A stretch of 63,507 nt of DNA, counting the filler, from Polymyxa betae A26-41 (taxonomy: Eukaryota > Protista > Endomyxa: Phytomyxea): NCBI GenBank assembly GCA_003693705.1. It is 7 parts of 7 records of this genome, joined end to end, with 100 filler letters (N's around TTAATTAATTAA, not from the genome) between each part and the next. Parts side by side here need not be neighbours in the genome. Positions count along the whole stretch, not along the records: positions 25,713 to 32,492 come from RBZT01000255.1; positions 32,593 to 46,006 come from RBZT01000241.1; 5 more parts are not named here. The stretch is one strand, 5' to 3'. This document shows positions 25,613-37,900 of this stretch, one piece after another. The notes under the pieces were generated by a model, which saw only the letters and a list, made by a program, of their open reading frames with translations, did not search any database and had not been told where the DNA came from. Each line of letters starts with the position of its first letter. Within the stretch, counting starts at the first letter, position 1. The translations under genes and the position numbers were made by a program.

Positions 25613-25712
25613 NNNNNNNNNNNNNNNNNNNNNNNNNNNNNNNNNNNNNNNNNNNNTTAATTAATTAANNNNNNNNNNNNNNNNNNNNNNNNNNNNNNNN
25701 NNNNNNNNNNNN
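25613..25712. other. artificial contig spacer (also 32493-32592, 46007-46106, 49363-49462, 54795-54894, 60031-60130)
   Basis: Identical 100-nt N-TTAATTAATTAA-N blocks with stops in all six frames. Confidence 0.99.
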
Positions 25713-28245
25713 TTATTCATATTGAATGGGAAATCCCACACTGAATCTGTAATTCAGAAAAAGCAGCCTGATGATGACGAGATCGCGTTTCTTACTGATA
25801 CGAATATATTGATTCCACCAATACGTAGACAACGCCCTGCAAAAGTGCCCATCATTATCAACAGTCTTGATGATCAGATCATATTGACGGAAACTTCGAA
25901 ATTATCGTCAGCGGAGACCACGTTACAAAAGTTGATATTGGTGGCCAGTTTATGTCTAAAAATAGGTCGGGCCAAGATTGCCGACCCGACATTGAACCTG
26001 GATCGTGAAGGCTGTGGTCAATGGTTACGCCGAACATGTTACCCAGTACTTTCATGTCTTCGAATATGCTGTCTGAATGATCTTCGGATTTTTCAATCTC
26101 GATGGGGAATCCGTTCTCGCATTGTCTGTTTGGGAAGCTTTGTTTTGTGTACAATGACAAGAGTAAACAGTGCGGATTTGAGACACTCCATGCCAGTGAC
26201 AATTGGGAATACTCGCTCAAATTACAACTAGTTCGTGATAGAGGAGGCGCTTTTCATTGTCTATTGGGATATTCTATGAAAGGAATTGAGACGGTATTAC
26301 TGTGTTCTAGTAGTTTATTAGTATTTTCTGAACATTTCACAGAAGAACAAGTTGGAGTGGATGCAGCGAATGAATAATTTCCTGAAAGAGCAGAATTTGG
26401 AACATTCATCTGATCTGAGTGAATATCTCGAACATTCTTTTCATCCAATATTATACTGTCTTAAACATCATTGTAATAATGATGTCAATTAGTTCTCTCA
26501 TATATTTGGACATGATATTGATTATTATCAATTTCAGCACAATTTCTGTCCTGGACCTACTGGACAATGTCTGCTCTATCTGCACTACATGCTAACAAGA
26601 GTATTTGATCATTAAAACAGTGCATCAGATTTCCGTCTGCGAAATGTCTTAACTTACTCAGCCTTTGGATATCTCTAAACCGCGATGATTTCGGATTTTG
26701 GGCTCTAAATAGTTCCTGTCTCAAATAATGATACTGATATTGACTGTTACAAACATGTCTAACATTGGGTCCAATCCATATTGGATTATGCAGGATCCTG
26801 TCGTACTTTACTGAGACATCCTCAGGTCCGGACATTCCGTACAGAACATCTGAAACTTTCCAATGCGTCCATGCAAATTCCGTCCCTTTCAATTCTGTCC
26901 GGCTGCCTGGCCCTTGGCAAGAAATAACAGATAATCGATAGAACTCGGTCTGCTGGGCAACAACACAGAGCGATTTTTGAAGACTGACAATATGCTACAG
27001 TTACTCAGTTACTGTACCACCGCCGAGGTTGCGCGGAAAACTGCGCCCTCTGAAGGAAAGTACGTGACTGTTAACAAGAAAAACTAACGTTTGCAATGAT
27101 CAGCGATGCTTTTGTTTCACAATTCCCTCTGCCATACAGCTATAGCGTCTGCGGATATTTTTCTGAACAGAAATCCGAATGCATAAATCGATTGTCTTGA
27201 CAAGATCTTTCAATTTATGCATTCAGAATCTGTTTCGGAAAATTCTGGAGGACGAATTCCAAAATTTCGTGGCCCTTAGTAAAAATGTCGAGTTTTGACA
27301 TATGACGCATGTTGAGGTAGGAGCGCTACTTGCTGCTTTAACAATTTTGAGAATCAGGAATGATTTTCTATTATTTGAGAGAGTGTTAGTTTGAGCTGTC
27401 TAAGTTAAGTGTGAGTCATGAACCCTTATTTGGTGCACGTGCCGGCGGTGCCGCTGTCTGTTTCAACAACGCATGGGGTGTTTTCGTCTAATTCAGGAAT
27501 GTCAGAAGACATGATTTAACTAGAACAGAGATATCGAATTTGAGACTAAGCAGAAAGATAAACCAGAAATAAAGATATATCAGAAGTGATCTGATGACTG
27601 TATTATATTCTTGATCAGTCCTTAATCTTGAATCATCGCAATGTTAGAAAGGATAAAGTTGACTCAACTCGTCTTTTCACCACAAATTCCGCATCGTCGT
27701 GCTCCGCACTTATCTTTTTCATTACAATCAATCGTTTTTTTCAACTTTTGCATATGTTTGAACCGTTTTTTTTCGGGGTTTGAAATTTAAAAAGTTCAGA
27801 CGCCAATAAAACCCTCGCTGTAGGACTCTTTCTGATTCTTTACTCGAATTATATACAAAACCTGACAACGGAATCAGATTTAAATTGGATCATCGGGATC
27901 TCAGGATCACGACACGCATTTGAAAAGTGCGTAGAGCGTGTGATTTTGGGTGGCATCCCGAAAACCACAACAGTACGGTCTTTGTCGGTTCTTGCTTTAT
28001 AAAATTGGGTGATCCTTAGTGGCTTCGGCGATTTGTTTATACTGTCCAGGGATGTCTGTCTAGTCGGATCTCTGATGGGTAGAGTGTCTTTACCTGGTTC
28101 TAGGCCGTCGAGGATTATATCCCCGTCTTCTCTGGTTGTTTTCTGTTTGCGATACATCCCATTATCTGTACTGAGAGTGCTTCCTCTCTTCCTGACTTTG
28201 AGCAGTAATCTCTATCGGCTGATACCTTGCAGATATGAGTAATGT

Positions 28246-28319
28246 GTCCCGGTGGTGTAGTTGGTTATCACACCTGTCTAACACACAGGAGGTCTCCAGT
28301 TCAAGTCTGGGCTGGGACA
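28246..28319 (+). tRNA. tRNA-Val (AAC)
   Basis: Acceptor GTCCCGG/CTGGGAC, anticodon arm CCTGT-CTAACAC-ACAGG, T-loop TTCAAGT, TTTTT terminator. Confidence 0.93.
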
Positions 28320-30437
28320 TATTTTTGGAAGAGCTTTATAAGCCTAATTATTTTCCTTTACAGATTGCTTTTTTTAAGCAAATCTTGGAGTCACAAAATG
28401 GTGCCACAGTATGCTCTAAACCCCAGTGCAGTATGAGCTTTCCTTTCGAGAATTCAGCACCCAGCGGTATAGCAGCCGAGATGCCATCCGCCAATGTTTC
28501 ACATTTCTCACAGCTAGCTGTCGTTCAATTTTAATGCCGATCCCTCAATCGATTCTACATCATCCGAAGAAGTCAATCGGCCAGCTGCCGCTTCCGGCCG
28601 GGGAGTACCGGAGTATCAACCGGATACGTCCTTTAAGTTTATGTGCTTCGCACCCGTTTGAAATTTCGTCTGTTTGATTTTGTTGAGATTATTCATCAAT
28701 GGTCTTGATAGAATCTTCTCAAATGCAACGCTAAAGACGGATGAGTTACGATGAAAATCGTATGCGAAGGAGACTATTTGTGTGAAATTTTTTGAAGGGA
28801 ATGGATCTGAAGACGCCCCGGGAAGCCGATTCCTGGTCGGACGCAGGATTCAAACCTGATTCCATGTCCAACAGCGACTTCACCAGTCGCAGCATTAGGG
28901 GTTCGAAGTGTTGGAAAAGTGAGTAAGAGGTCTCGACCACAGTATTTGTTGACCCCGTTCTGAGCTGTTTCGCGAAGAATTCCAACCTATACAAGCAATC
29001 TTCGGGTACTTTACAAGATTCAGTTTAATCCCATTTGGACGTCTTCAAGGTTGGAATGGTCGGTGTATTGTTGGGATTTGTCAACTGACCTCCTAGTCTG
29101 TAGGTGGCCAAAGATGAATCAGGTATTCAGTTTGTTGCATTCGCGTCACTGCTTTTCACTCCAGAAAGCAACGAAGAGCTTGAACGCGCACCGTTCGAGA
29201 AAATGGTCACCGAAGAGATAGAGAAGATCAAAAGTATGGTCGAATCATGCAGTCAGAGTGCTAGGACCCCTGAGGAGCTTCTAAGGCACGGCTTTCTCCT
29301 ATCGAAGGTTGCATGTTCGCCAGGAGTGCGTTCTCGTCTTAATCTTCCGGATAAGCAGTACATTGAGCAATCTTTCGTTTCCTTCGTGATCTTTTTATCT
29401 GTAGACTCAGAGACTACTTCGCTGAAAATAGTCTCGTCTATCACTGGATAACTGATTGGTCAGGTCAATATTTCACACTTTCCAGATCCCCTAAGAACAC
29501 TGTTTTCTAGCATTCCAGTCTCAAAGTCATTGTCATCCGAATTTACATCACAACATCATCTTGAACTCGATGTTGAATACATCACTGTCTCAATTACTGT
29601 TGCTGCTGTCTGTTGGTAACTGGCCTGTTCCGCATAAGAAGGTTCTGCAGTCACATTTGAAATCGGCGATATCGTATTGTTACAGTAAGAGGTGCGATCG
29701 GCTTTCAGACTAAGCTACTGCCAGCTCTGAAAAATGGAAGATAGATCACCAAGGATCACAAGGTTAAAGGCTGGCGTACCTCAGGTTTTTTGCTATTCAT
29801 ACAGCACCGCCCGTCTCTGACAACGAACTAGTCAAATCCAATCCACTCAAATCTTTTTCTGATGGTGGTGACAGCCCTCAATACGATCGAGATCCAATTG
29901 TAGAGGCTTGAGAAAATCATTGTCATCATAGATCTGAGAAACTGCTGACTTCATTAAGGAGTCCCAGGAACCAAAACGAACGCTAAAGGAGAACGGGACA
30001 CAGCTGATTTATTGAAATAACTCGTTCAAGAGGGCACGCAGCAGCGGCTGGAAAAAACGAAGGTAAGAAGGAGGATTTGACCTTCTACATTGAAAGCGCA
30101 GGTGAAATAAAACTTGATGAGATCGAGAGTCACATTGAGGCCAGCATGAATAGCGCCATGACAGTGGTTGCGAACATTGTTTTCATGATCGGGCTCATAT
30201 CACGAACCAGCACGAACATCGTCAGAAACAGCGCGCCCATCTGGAGTTTACTCGCCATCATCAGCGGATTGCCGCCTAAGATCACACTCAGAGACGGCCA
30301 GTTATTGTGAGACCAGACTATCAAACCGCTGGTGTCGCTAGACAGCATGCGCTGCAGGTTTTGAGGCATTTTATGAGCGTAGCGATGATGGTGCCAATGA
30401 TGGAAACCTTCGGTGTCTATGAATGAACAAGGTTAGT

Positions 30438-31160
30438 TTATCGGGCCTGTACTCCCCATCGAGTCTTACGGTTTGTTTCGTCACACAGCAGACGTCGGCG
30501 AAAAGGTGAAGGGGGCACCTGAATGCTATCTTCGGGCAAGACGCAGACCATCTTGATATTGTTTAGATCGCAGGGTGGATATGAGCAATACAGTTGATGA
30601 GTGGTCGGGTCCACGCAGCCAATGTGTTTCATGAAGTCTCTCAGCATTGCCGGAACGGGTCTGTCTTTACGAGAGCAGATATTGCCGCCTTCACCCTGAC
30701 AGTCCGGATTGGGAATATCAATAGGAGGAATATAACCAGACCAGATCGGCGAATGATCAGGGCCTTCAGAAATGTTGATGCCGATGGAAGGAAGATCGAT
30801 ATCGCCGTTGTCATCGAACGTAATGGGCGGAATGCTGAAGTCGATCGTAGCAGATTCGGAGCTGTATTCGGGAATGGGCGGAGAAGCAGGTTCATAGCTG
30901 AGGCTAGGAGATGGCTCCCCGGACATGGCAGGAGGATCTGAAACATATTCAGGAGAAGGTTGATCGGGGATAGGAGGAGGTTTGGGGGCATAGCCAGGTG
31001 AAGGCTGATATGGAGAGGCAGCAGGCTCTGGGATGTAGACAGGCTCAGGCTGTTCGTGGGTTGGCGCGGCGGCAGAAGCAGGCTGGCCTGGAGGGTTGGG
31101 GACATATTCCTTATGAAGGTCGCCGCCACCTTGAAGAAAACGACGCTTAAGAGTAGACAT
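30438..31160 (-). CDS. proline-rich protein with Cys-rich C-terminal domain (start uncertain)
   Basis: 240-aa ORF with (P/S)PEY/PxY repeats followed by several Cys; RRFLQ and RRRLL motifs. Confidence 0.5.
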   Translation of the reverse strand: MSTLKRRFLQGGGDLHKEYVPNPPGQPASAAAPTHEQPEPVYIPEPAASPYQPSPGYAPKPPPIPDQPSPEYVSDPPAMSGEPSPSLSYEPASPPIPEYSSESATIDFSIPPITFDDNGDIDLPSIGINISEGPDHSPIWSGYIPPIDIPNPDCQGEGGNICSRKDRPVPAMLRDFMKHIGCVDPTTHQLYCSYPPCDLNNIKMVCVLPEDSIQVPPSPFRRRLLCDETNRKTRWGVQAR

Positions 31161-32592
31161 GATGAATGAGAGCGGGGTGACGCTTCGAGAGATGGGGTGA
31201 TGGGGGCGGCGCGACCTTCACCAGAGTCTGGCTTTGGCAGGCACTGCTGGTACCGGATTGCGCCTTGGTGTGCGAATGTTCAAAGCCATGGCAGATTGGC
31301 AGTGGTGACACGTTACGGGGAAACAGCAGCCCTAACCCTAGCTAGAACCCTTGCTTCTCGTCTTGCCTACAGATTCTGTATTGCCATGCGGTAGATTTTA
31401 ACGACCATCTCCATTCGTTGAGGATTCAGGGAGGACAGGCACAATATCACATTCAGTCCTTCAGTATATGGCCGCGGTCAGTTCTAAATCGAAATCATCT
31501 GCGGTTATAGATCACAGCACAGATGATTTGAAGGCATCCATTAAAATCGTAATCATTCGTGTTGGCTGTAGATGACTTTGTAGTGTTCAGCACTGGTGTA
31601 ATCCTTATAGCTCTGGATGTAGTCGGAAATGGCCTAGTGCTCAAGTTGACAGCACCTCCAGTTTATTCTATCCAACGAACTAGACGCTTCCATTCCAGTC
31701 ATTTGCAGTGCTCTGCCTTGAATGGAGCTCTATAAAGCAGGGGGGGGGTTTCACGCCCAAGAATACTGCATTACACGCCTCGAGCTGCATGAGAGCGTAA
31801 GCTGTCAAGGAATGGTTTCTGATATAATTTCTATCGTGACAATGTTGTTATCTGATCATATGCTAACTTGAATCAAATAAAATTTGTCAGAAGTAGTGTG
31901 ATAGTGCGGTTTCCTATACGACAATTTTTTATTTTGATGATAGCAGGAACACAGTTGGACATTCCGAAATGGTAGCCCAATCGATGTAGACAAGCCCGTT
32001 TGACGATACAGATTATCTGTCAGTCGGAATAGGTTAACAGTACGGCACACTGTCACCCGAACCGAAATATGCGGGAAGATTTCCTCTGAAAAAAAAGACG
32101 AGGCTTGCAGAGAGACGAGGAGCTTGCCTGGCTGTCCGCTGTTAGTACGACAATAATCGCGAAAATTAGGGCCGGACCCAATTCACTAGGGATTTTAGAC
32201 TCAAAAAAAGATGACACGACGACAGTGGATTCGCGGACATAATCGGGAAGGGGACGGGGGCCGATTCGTAACGTGCTCAACCGCAGTGCATCAAGTGTGG
32301 ATTGATGACCGGTAACGTGATAACGCTGCCATCCACTTGGATGATGTGAATGGCAACAAGTTTCATAAGAAGAGATGGTGTGATACAAGTCTGGATTGGG
32401 GCCGCACAACCTCTGGCTCATCACAAAAACGGCCAGAATGGTTTTTTGTAACAGAAGCTCCAAGCACGTTACTGTTGGATTAGCTCAATCCANNNNNNNN
32501 NNNNNNNNNNNNNNNNNNNNNNNNNNNNNNNNNNNNTTAATTAATTAANNNNNNNNNNNNNNNNNNNNNNNNNNNNNNNNNNNNNNNNNNNN

Positions 32593-33681
32593 ACCTAAAG
32601 GTCAAGATCCTGGGGGAGGCCAAGCGGATTCTCGGATGGCAGGTCACACATGACCGCACTCATGGCCGCGTAACAGTCACACAACAGGCATATGTTGAGC
32701 GACTTCTAAACCACTTTAATATGGCAGATTCCAATCCTGTCAAGACTCCATCACTGAAGTCGCAGCAGTCCGAATCTCCGGAACAAACTGAAGATGTCTC
32801 GTTCCCATACAGAGAGGCCGTTGGCAGCCTCCTCTATATCAGCAATTCCACTAGGCCGGATATCGCTCAAGCAGTCCACGCAGCTGCAAGAAATGTTTCA
32901 AATCCAACTTCTCTCGACGTATGCAAGATTAAGCGGATATTACGTTATCTCCGCGGAACAACAAGTCGAGGCATTGTCTTCCGAGATTTCCGATCCAAAT
33001 CCATATACTGTTACTGCGATTCGGATTTTGCGAGCGAGCTGGCCGACTCCAAATCAACATCCGGATGGGTTTTCTTTACGAACGGCCCGATCTGCTGGTC
33101 ATCGAGACTTCAGAAAATCACAGCATTGTTCACCACTGAGGCTGAATGCAACGCCTTATATGAGGCCGCAAAGGAGGCCACGTGGCTTTCTAACTTGCTC
33201 CATGATATGTGCTTGAAGAATCCTCAACATGCAATCGACATCTATGAGGACAATTCCGGATGCATTGCTTTGGTGCAAGGCAGTCGTACACCAGCGCGCA
33301 CCAAACATATCGCTCTTCGTGTCAATTACATCCGAGACATGACCAAAATCAACACTGTTCGAATCAAGAAATGCTCAACAAACAATATGATTGCGGACCC
33401 GCTCACGAAACCTTTAGGAACCGTAGATTTCATCAACAAATCTGCACTTTTACTTGGGGAATCGGATCCAGAGACCTTCCACGACGACAAGGGAGAGTGT
33501 GAAGATTCTGACCAAGACATGATCACGTGACGAACTGTCACGTTACATCATCGATCTCGTGCCGTCGATCAGGCCCTTGATCACGTGCCCTGCCCAGGCC
33601 CTTCGGGTACTGTCCTATATCAATACAGATCATTCCATTAATTCATAAGCTTGCGCGACTTCACTTTCTACCAAGCCAACA
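32593..33681 (+). mobile_element. 3' part of a Copia element (RT end, RNase H, PPT, 3' LTR)
   Basis: PYREAVGSLLY...TRPDI, CDSDFA, TTEAE, YEDNSGC, MIADPLTK; purine tract AAGGGAGAG then TGTGAAG at 33498; LTR end (33681 or 33693) uncertain. Confidence 0.9.
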
Positions 33682-34919
33682 CTAAGGTTGACATCGTTCT
33701 TCTATTTTCCAGTCCAATTTTACGAACTATTTCTCTGTCGATGTCAAATTTTTTTCGTCCAACACGGCCTTCAATCTATTGGAATACGAAACAGCCTAAA
33801 CCCGTTCATACGACAGAATCTCGTGAACTTTGTCAAAAAGAGCAGAAAGCACGACATCGGGTAACGAAAACCGCCTTACATGAAAATCGAAGTCGAATTG
33901 CGACGATTTCCCCATACTGAATATCATTGGCAAATCATCATTCTGAGAGCGATCATCAACGGGATCATCGGACTCCGATAGCAAGACATGCGAATCGACG
34001 GAGATCTGGGCCGTACTGGCCCAGAGAAGGTGTTCGTCGCATGAGCAGTGACCAGAATGAGGACGACGATGGCGGAACTAATCCCCGTTGCCATCAAGGA
34101 CGACAGCAATGGCAGAATCGGAGTTCCCGTCACGCAATCTCGGGGGTCCGTGCGTGCTGCGTGAGGTTTCGAACAAGTGCGCGGCCCGCTGCCATTCAGC
34201 ATCTTGATGCCTTACTGAAGATTTAGGGTTCGGAGGCCGTTTTCGTTCGATCTCGTCGAACGCAATTTGCAAAACAGGAAAGAAAACGGAAAATTTCACT
34301 ACACTGGCGCAGTTTTTGTATCGCATATTTGTGCGTGAGTACGCGCATATTTGAACCTCTGTACAACAAGAACCGAAAATTCGTGTCTTGTAAATCTCGT
34401 TCCGTGAATTCAGTTGCGTACGTTTTTCGCACATTTTGTGGATGCATCTTTTCGGGAATCAAAATCACCGCAACAAACTATGAATTTCCTCAGGTAAAGT
34501 GTCAATTAGGTCAGCTTTTATCGACAATCCAAGATAATGAATGATGGAATTCCGATCAAGCAGTACAGCCTGAAAAATAATCAAAGTCCGGTCTCAGTGG
34601 CTGATCCGAACATTATTGAGCGTCTCGAGCAGGGATCGGTTTGAAAACAGCACTCAAATCCGTACGCATTATTTCATTACAGCGAGATACTCGAGATCGA
34701 ACGCCTCTCTCTTGATCGTTTGTTTTCGAAACGTTGTATTTGATTGCGGACATTACGTTACAGATTGGTTTCGAAAAAACGTCCATCAATAATAGTCAGC
34801 CTGTTTATTACATTCGAAACTGCAGGTTGGAGATCCCGTGGAGCCGCATTGCTGTGTAACAATACAGCGCCGAGACTTCCTTCAGTTCATTTGCGGCGGA
34901 GATTCCCTGACACCGGATA

Positions 34920-37900
34920 TCATGCAGCGTACGCCCGCCGTGACATCTCCACTGGATTATGTTTCAGAGCCATTCGACTGGTGGATTAAATGCAATAAAA
35001 CTGGAGAAGTTAATCGTGTTTTTTTTTCAAAAAAATAAAATATGTTCGAGCTGTAACAAATGCGGATAAAGTGAAAGTTAACGTGACATTTGTTACCATC
35101 ATAGCTCTTGTAACGTACCAACGTCCCGGTCATGGGCTGTCTACGTTCCCGCATTCTGTCCACGGCATGCAGCAGCTGGAAAACCGCCACTTTGACAAAA
35201 TCCTGAATGCTGACAGTTAGCTTACGATACCGTTGACTACGGACTTGATTATTCAGTGCAGGAAACGTAAATCAGACCTCAGCCATGAAAACAGTCTCCG
35301 AAACGGCAAATTAACGAAACAATTGTAACATAACACTAAAGGTCTTTCGAAACGTGAATTCAGAGCAACCAGAAACCGAAATATTGCGGAATCTTGTAAC
35401 GAAAAATGGGCGCAGACAAAAGCGAATCCAGTACGACCTGGATCAGGAACCAGATGATGCAGTAGATCCATACGAAGAGAGCCCAATGCCCCGTGATGGG
35501 TTCGGATTCGCCGTAGAACCCCCAGAGCATGGAAAGGATCGTGGAGACGGATAGAGCGAAGACCGTGGAGCCCAGCAGCTGCCATCTACGGGCAGGGTAA
35601 CGATCAGGGCGCGGAGAGACGGACGACAGCAGTGTGTGTTACGTTACCCGGGACGAGTCGTGAAGAAGAAATTCGGGCCGGTTCGGGCCGAGAAGATGGT
35701 CAGGAAGTCCGACAGACTGATTTTGACTGGAGGGCGGCCGCGGTTAGATGCGGAGCGGATCGTGATGCTGACGAACTTACGATACATGATGTTGATGATG
35801 AGACGGAAACTGGGATCGGCAAGCCCGAGCATAGCCACGAACGAGCCCGGTCTGTTATTGATATCAGAATAGTAAAACCTTCAAGCAAAGAATCGCATTG
35901 AAAACCATTGAGAAAAGTTTTTCAACAAAAATGAGAAAAGCAGCTCTCAGAAAACATCAAAACAAGTGGCAGAAAGTTTAATAACATTTTCAAATGAAAA
36001 AATCGCAGAAGTTTTGAAAAAAATCCGTCAAACGAAAACCCGCACAAACTTTAAACATTTTCGAATAGGAAAACCGCAGATTTTGTTTTAAATATTTTCA
36101 ATTGAAAAACCGCAGCGTTTAAAAAAAGTTTCAAATGCAAAAACCGCAGAAATTTTGTATAAAAATTTTCAAATGAAAAAACCGCAGAATTTTGTATAAA
36201 CATTTTTCAATTAAAAAAGCGCGTTTGAAGTTTGATTGAGCCGATAACGATACCGTTTGGCGTCCAAGGCGAGCCACAGCAGCAGTAGAGACGATACACA
36301 GGCCACGGACCCCAGCAATATGGACTGACCCCATAATCGCCCCATATTCCAGGTCTGCGGGAACTTGGGCACCGAGACCTTGTCATACGCGATACTAATC
36401 TGCCGAGCCGGATCAGTTGCGGCCTGTAGACCCCCCACCCGAACACGTTACAATCGACAAATCGTTCAGGACGGTGATGATGATCAGGGCCAGCACGGGC
36501 ATGGACCAGAAGCGCGGATACGACGGGTCGTAGCCGATCGGACGCAGAATCAGCGTGGCGAGAAAGAAGAACACCAGCAGCTGTAACGTGGCGGCGATAC
36601 GATACACCAAGAATGCGTGCATACGACGAAAAATTTGACGGGCGATCAATACAGCCTATAGAGACTGATATGAACAAACCCTAAACCCTAGATTGTTGAA
36701 ATTCTTTTGAAAACGCTGTTTTTGTATGGAAAAAATCATTCACATTGGACAGTTTGTTGCCATTGAAAGTTGCGGCATTTCTGCAAAAAAAACGAAATGC
36801 AGAAAAGATGCGGAATGTTTCCGTTCGCGATTTACCGTGGCGATGGTGCTAAGCCCGGGTGCTGTCAAAACAATATCCGCTGCAGCCCGTGCGGCATCGG
36901 TAGCTCCGGATACGGCGATCCCGACACTGGCAATCTTCAATGCCGGAGCGTCGTTAACTCCGTCCCCGGTCATGCCGCAGATCACACCCGCCTGTTTCAG
37001 CGCCGATACGATCACGAATTTATGCTCCGGCAATGCCGACGAGAACCCGTCCTTCTGCCTAAGACACAGCATGATAGGAGCGGGGAAACCCTAAAACACT
37101 AACGCACATGATGAGTCCGGAGAAGTCGCGTCCCAGCGTGTCCGGGACTTCGACTTCGGCTCCGTGCAGCTCAATGGTCGGCAGCTGGCCCAGGTCGCAG
37201 GGCATGATATCGGCCATGCCCAATTGTAACGTCTGTAACGTGGCGTCAGCACTCGATTGTAACGTAGGGATTACGGGGCCGCACGCGGCACGTCTCGACT
37301 GCAATCAGCAGATGATCGCCTGTGATCATCTTCACTTCGATTCCGTAATCGTTCAACGTCGCGATCGTTGTCGCCGAATCGGGCCTGTACGACCCCCCAT
37401 ACAGGATTCAGAAAATGGCAGTACGAAGGTGGTTTGTGTAGCAAAACCAAAAACGACTGAGCAAACATGCGCAATAAATTGAAAGAAGAGTTTAGAAAAA
37501 ATGTGCGCGACTGTGAGATGCAAGTCTGTAGAAAAAAAACATGCGCAGCAAATTCAACAAAAGCGTCAGGAAAACTTTGCGCGACTGTGCGATGCGAGTT
37601 TGTAGAAAACCAAACTAATTCTGAACAAAAGATGCGCAACAAATCGAAAAACAGAGTTCGGGGAAATGTGCGCGACTGTGATGCAATGTTTGTAGAAAAA
37701 CCAAACGAATAAATCGACAAAACAAAGAGTTCAGGAGAAATGTGCGCAACTGTGTGATAAAACTTTGCAGAAAACGAAACGAATTCTGAACAAAACATGC
37801 GACACAAATTAGAAAAAGAGTTCAGGAACAATGTGCGAGACTGTGTAATGCAAATACCGTGGCGGATCTAAGAAGGCCAGCATGGCGATGAACTCATAAT

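Noticed and set aside
25613-25712. Recurring TTAATTAATTAA palindrome within N runs (six times)
   Set aside because: Artificial contig linker; not biological, and gene neighbourhoods across it cannot be interpreted.
28700-30420. Possible multi-exon gene with hydrophobic N-terminus
   Set aside because: In-frame stops and no recognisable domain; no consistent model could be built.
33796-34100. Signal-peptide-like MATGISSAIVVLILVTAHA next to a Copia LTR
   Set aside because: Too short and the downstream exons are unsupported; possible but not defensible.
37271-37831. 186-aa Phe-rich ORF
   Set aside because: Translation of an intronic minisatellite.
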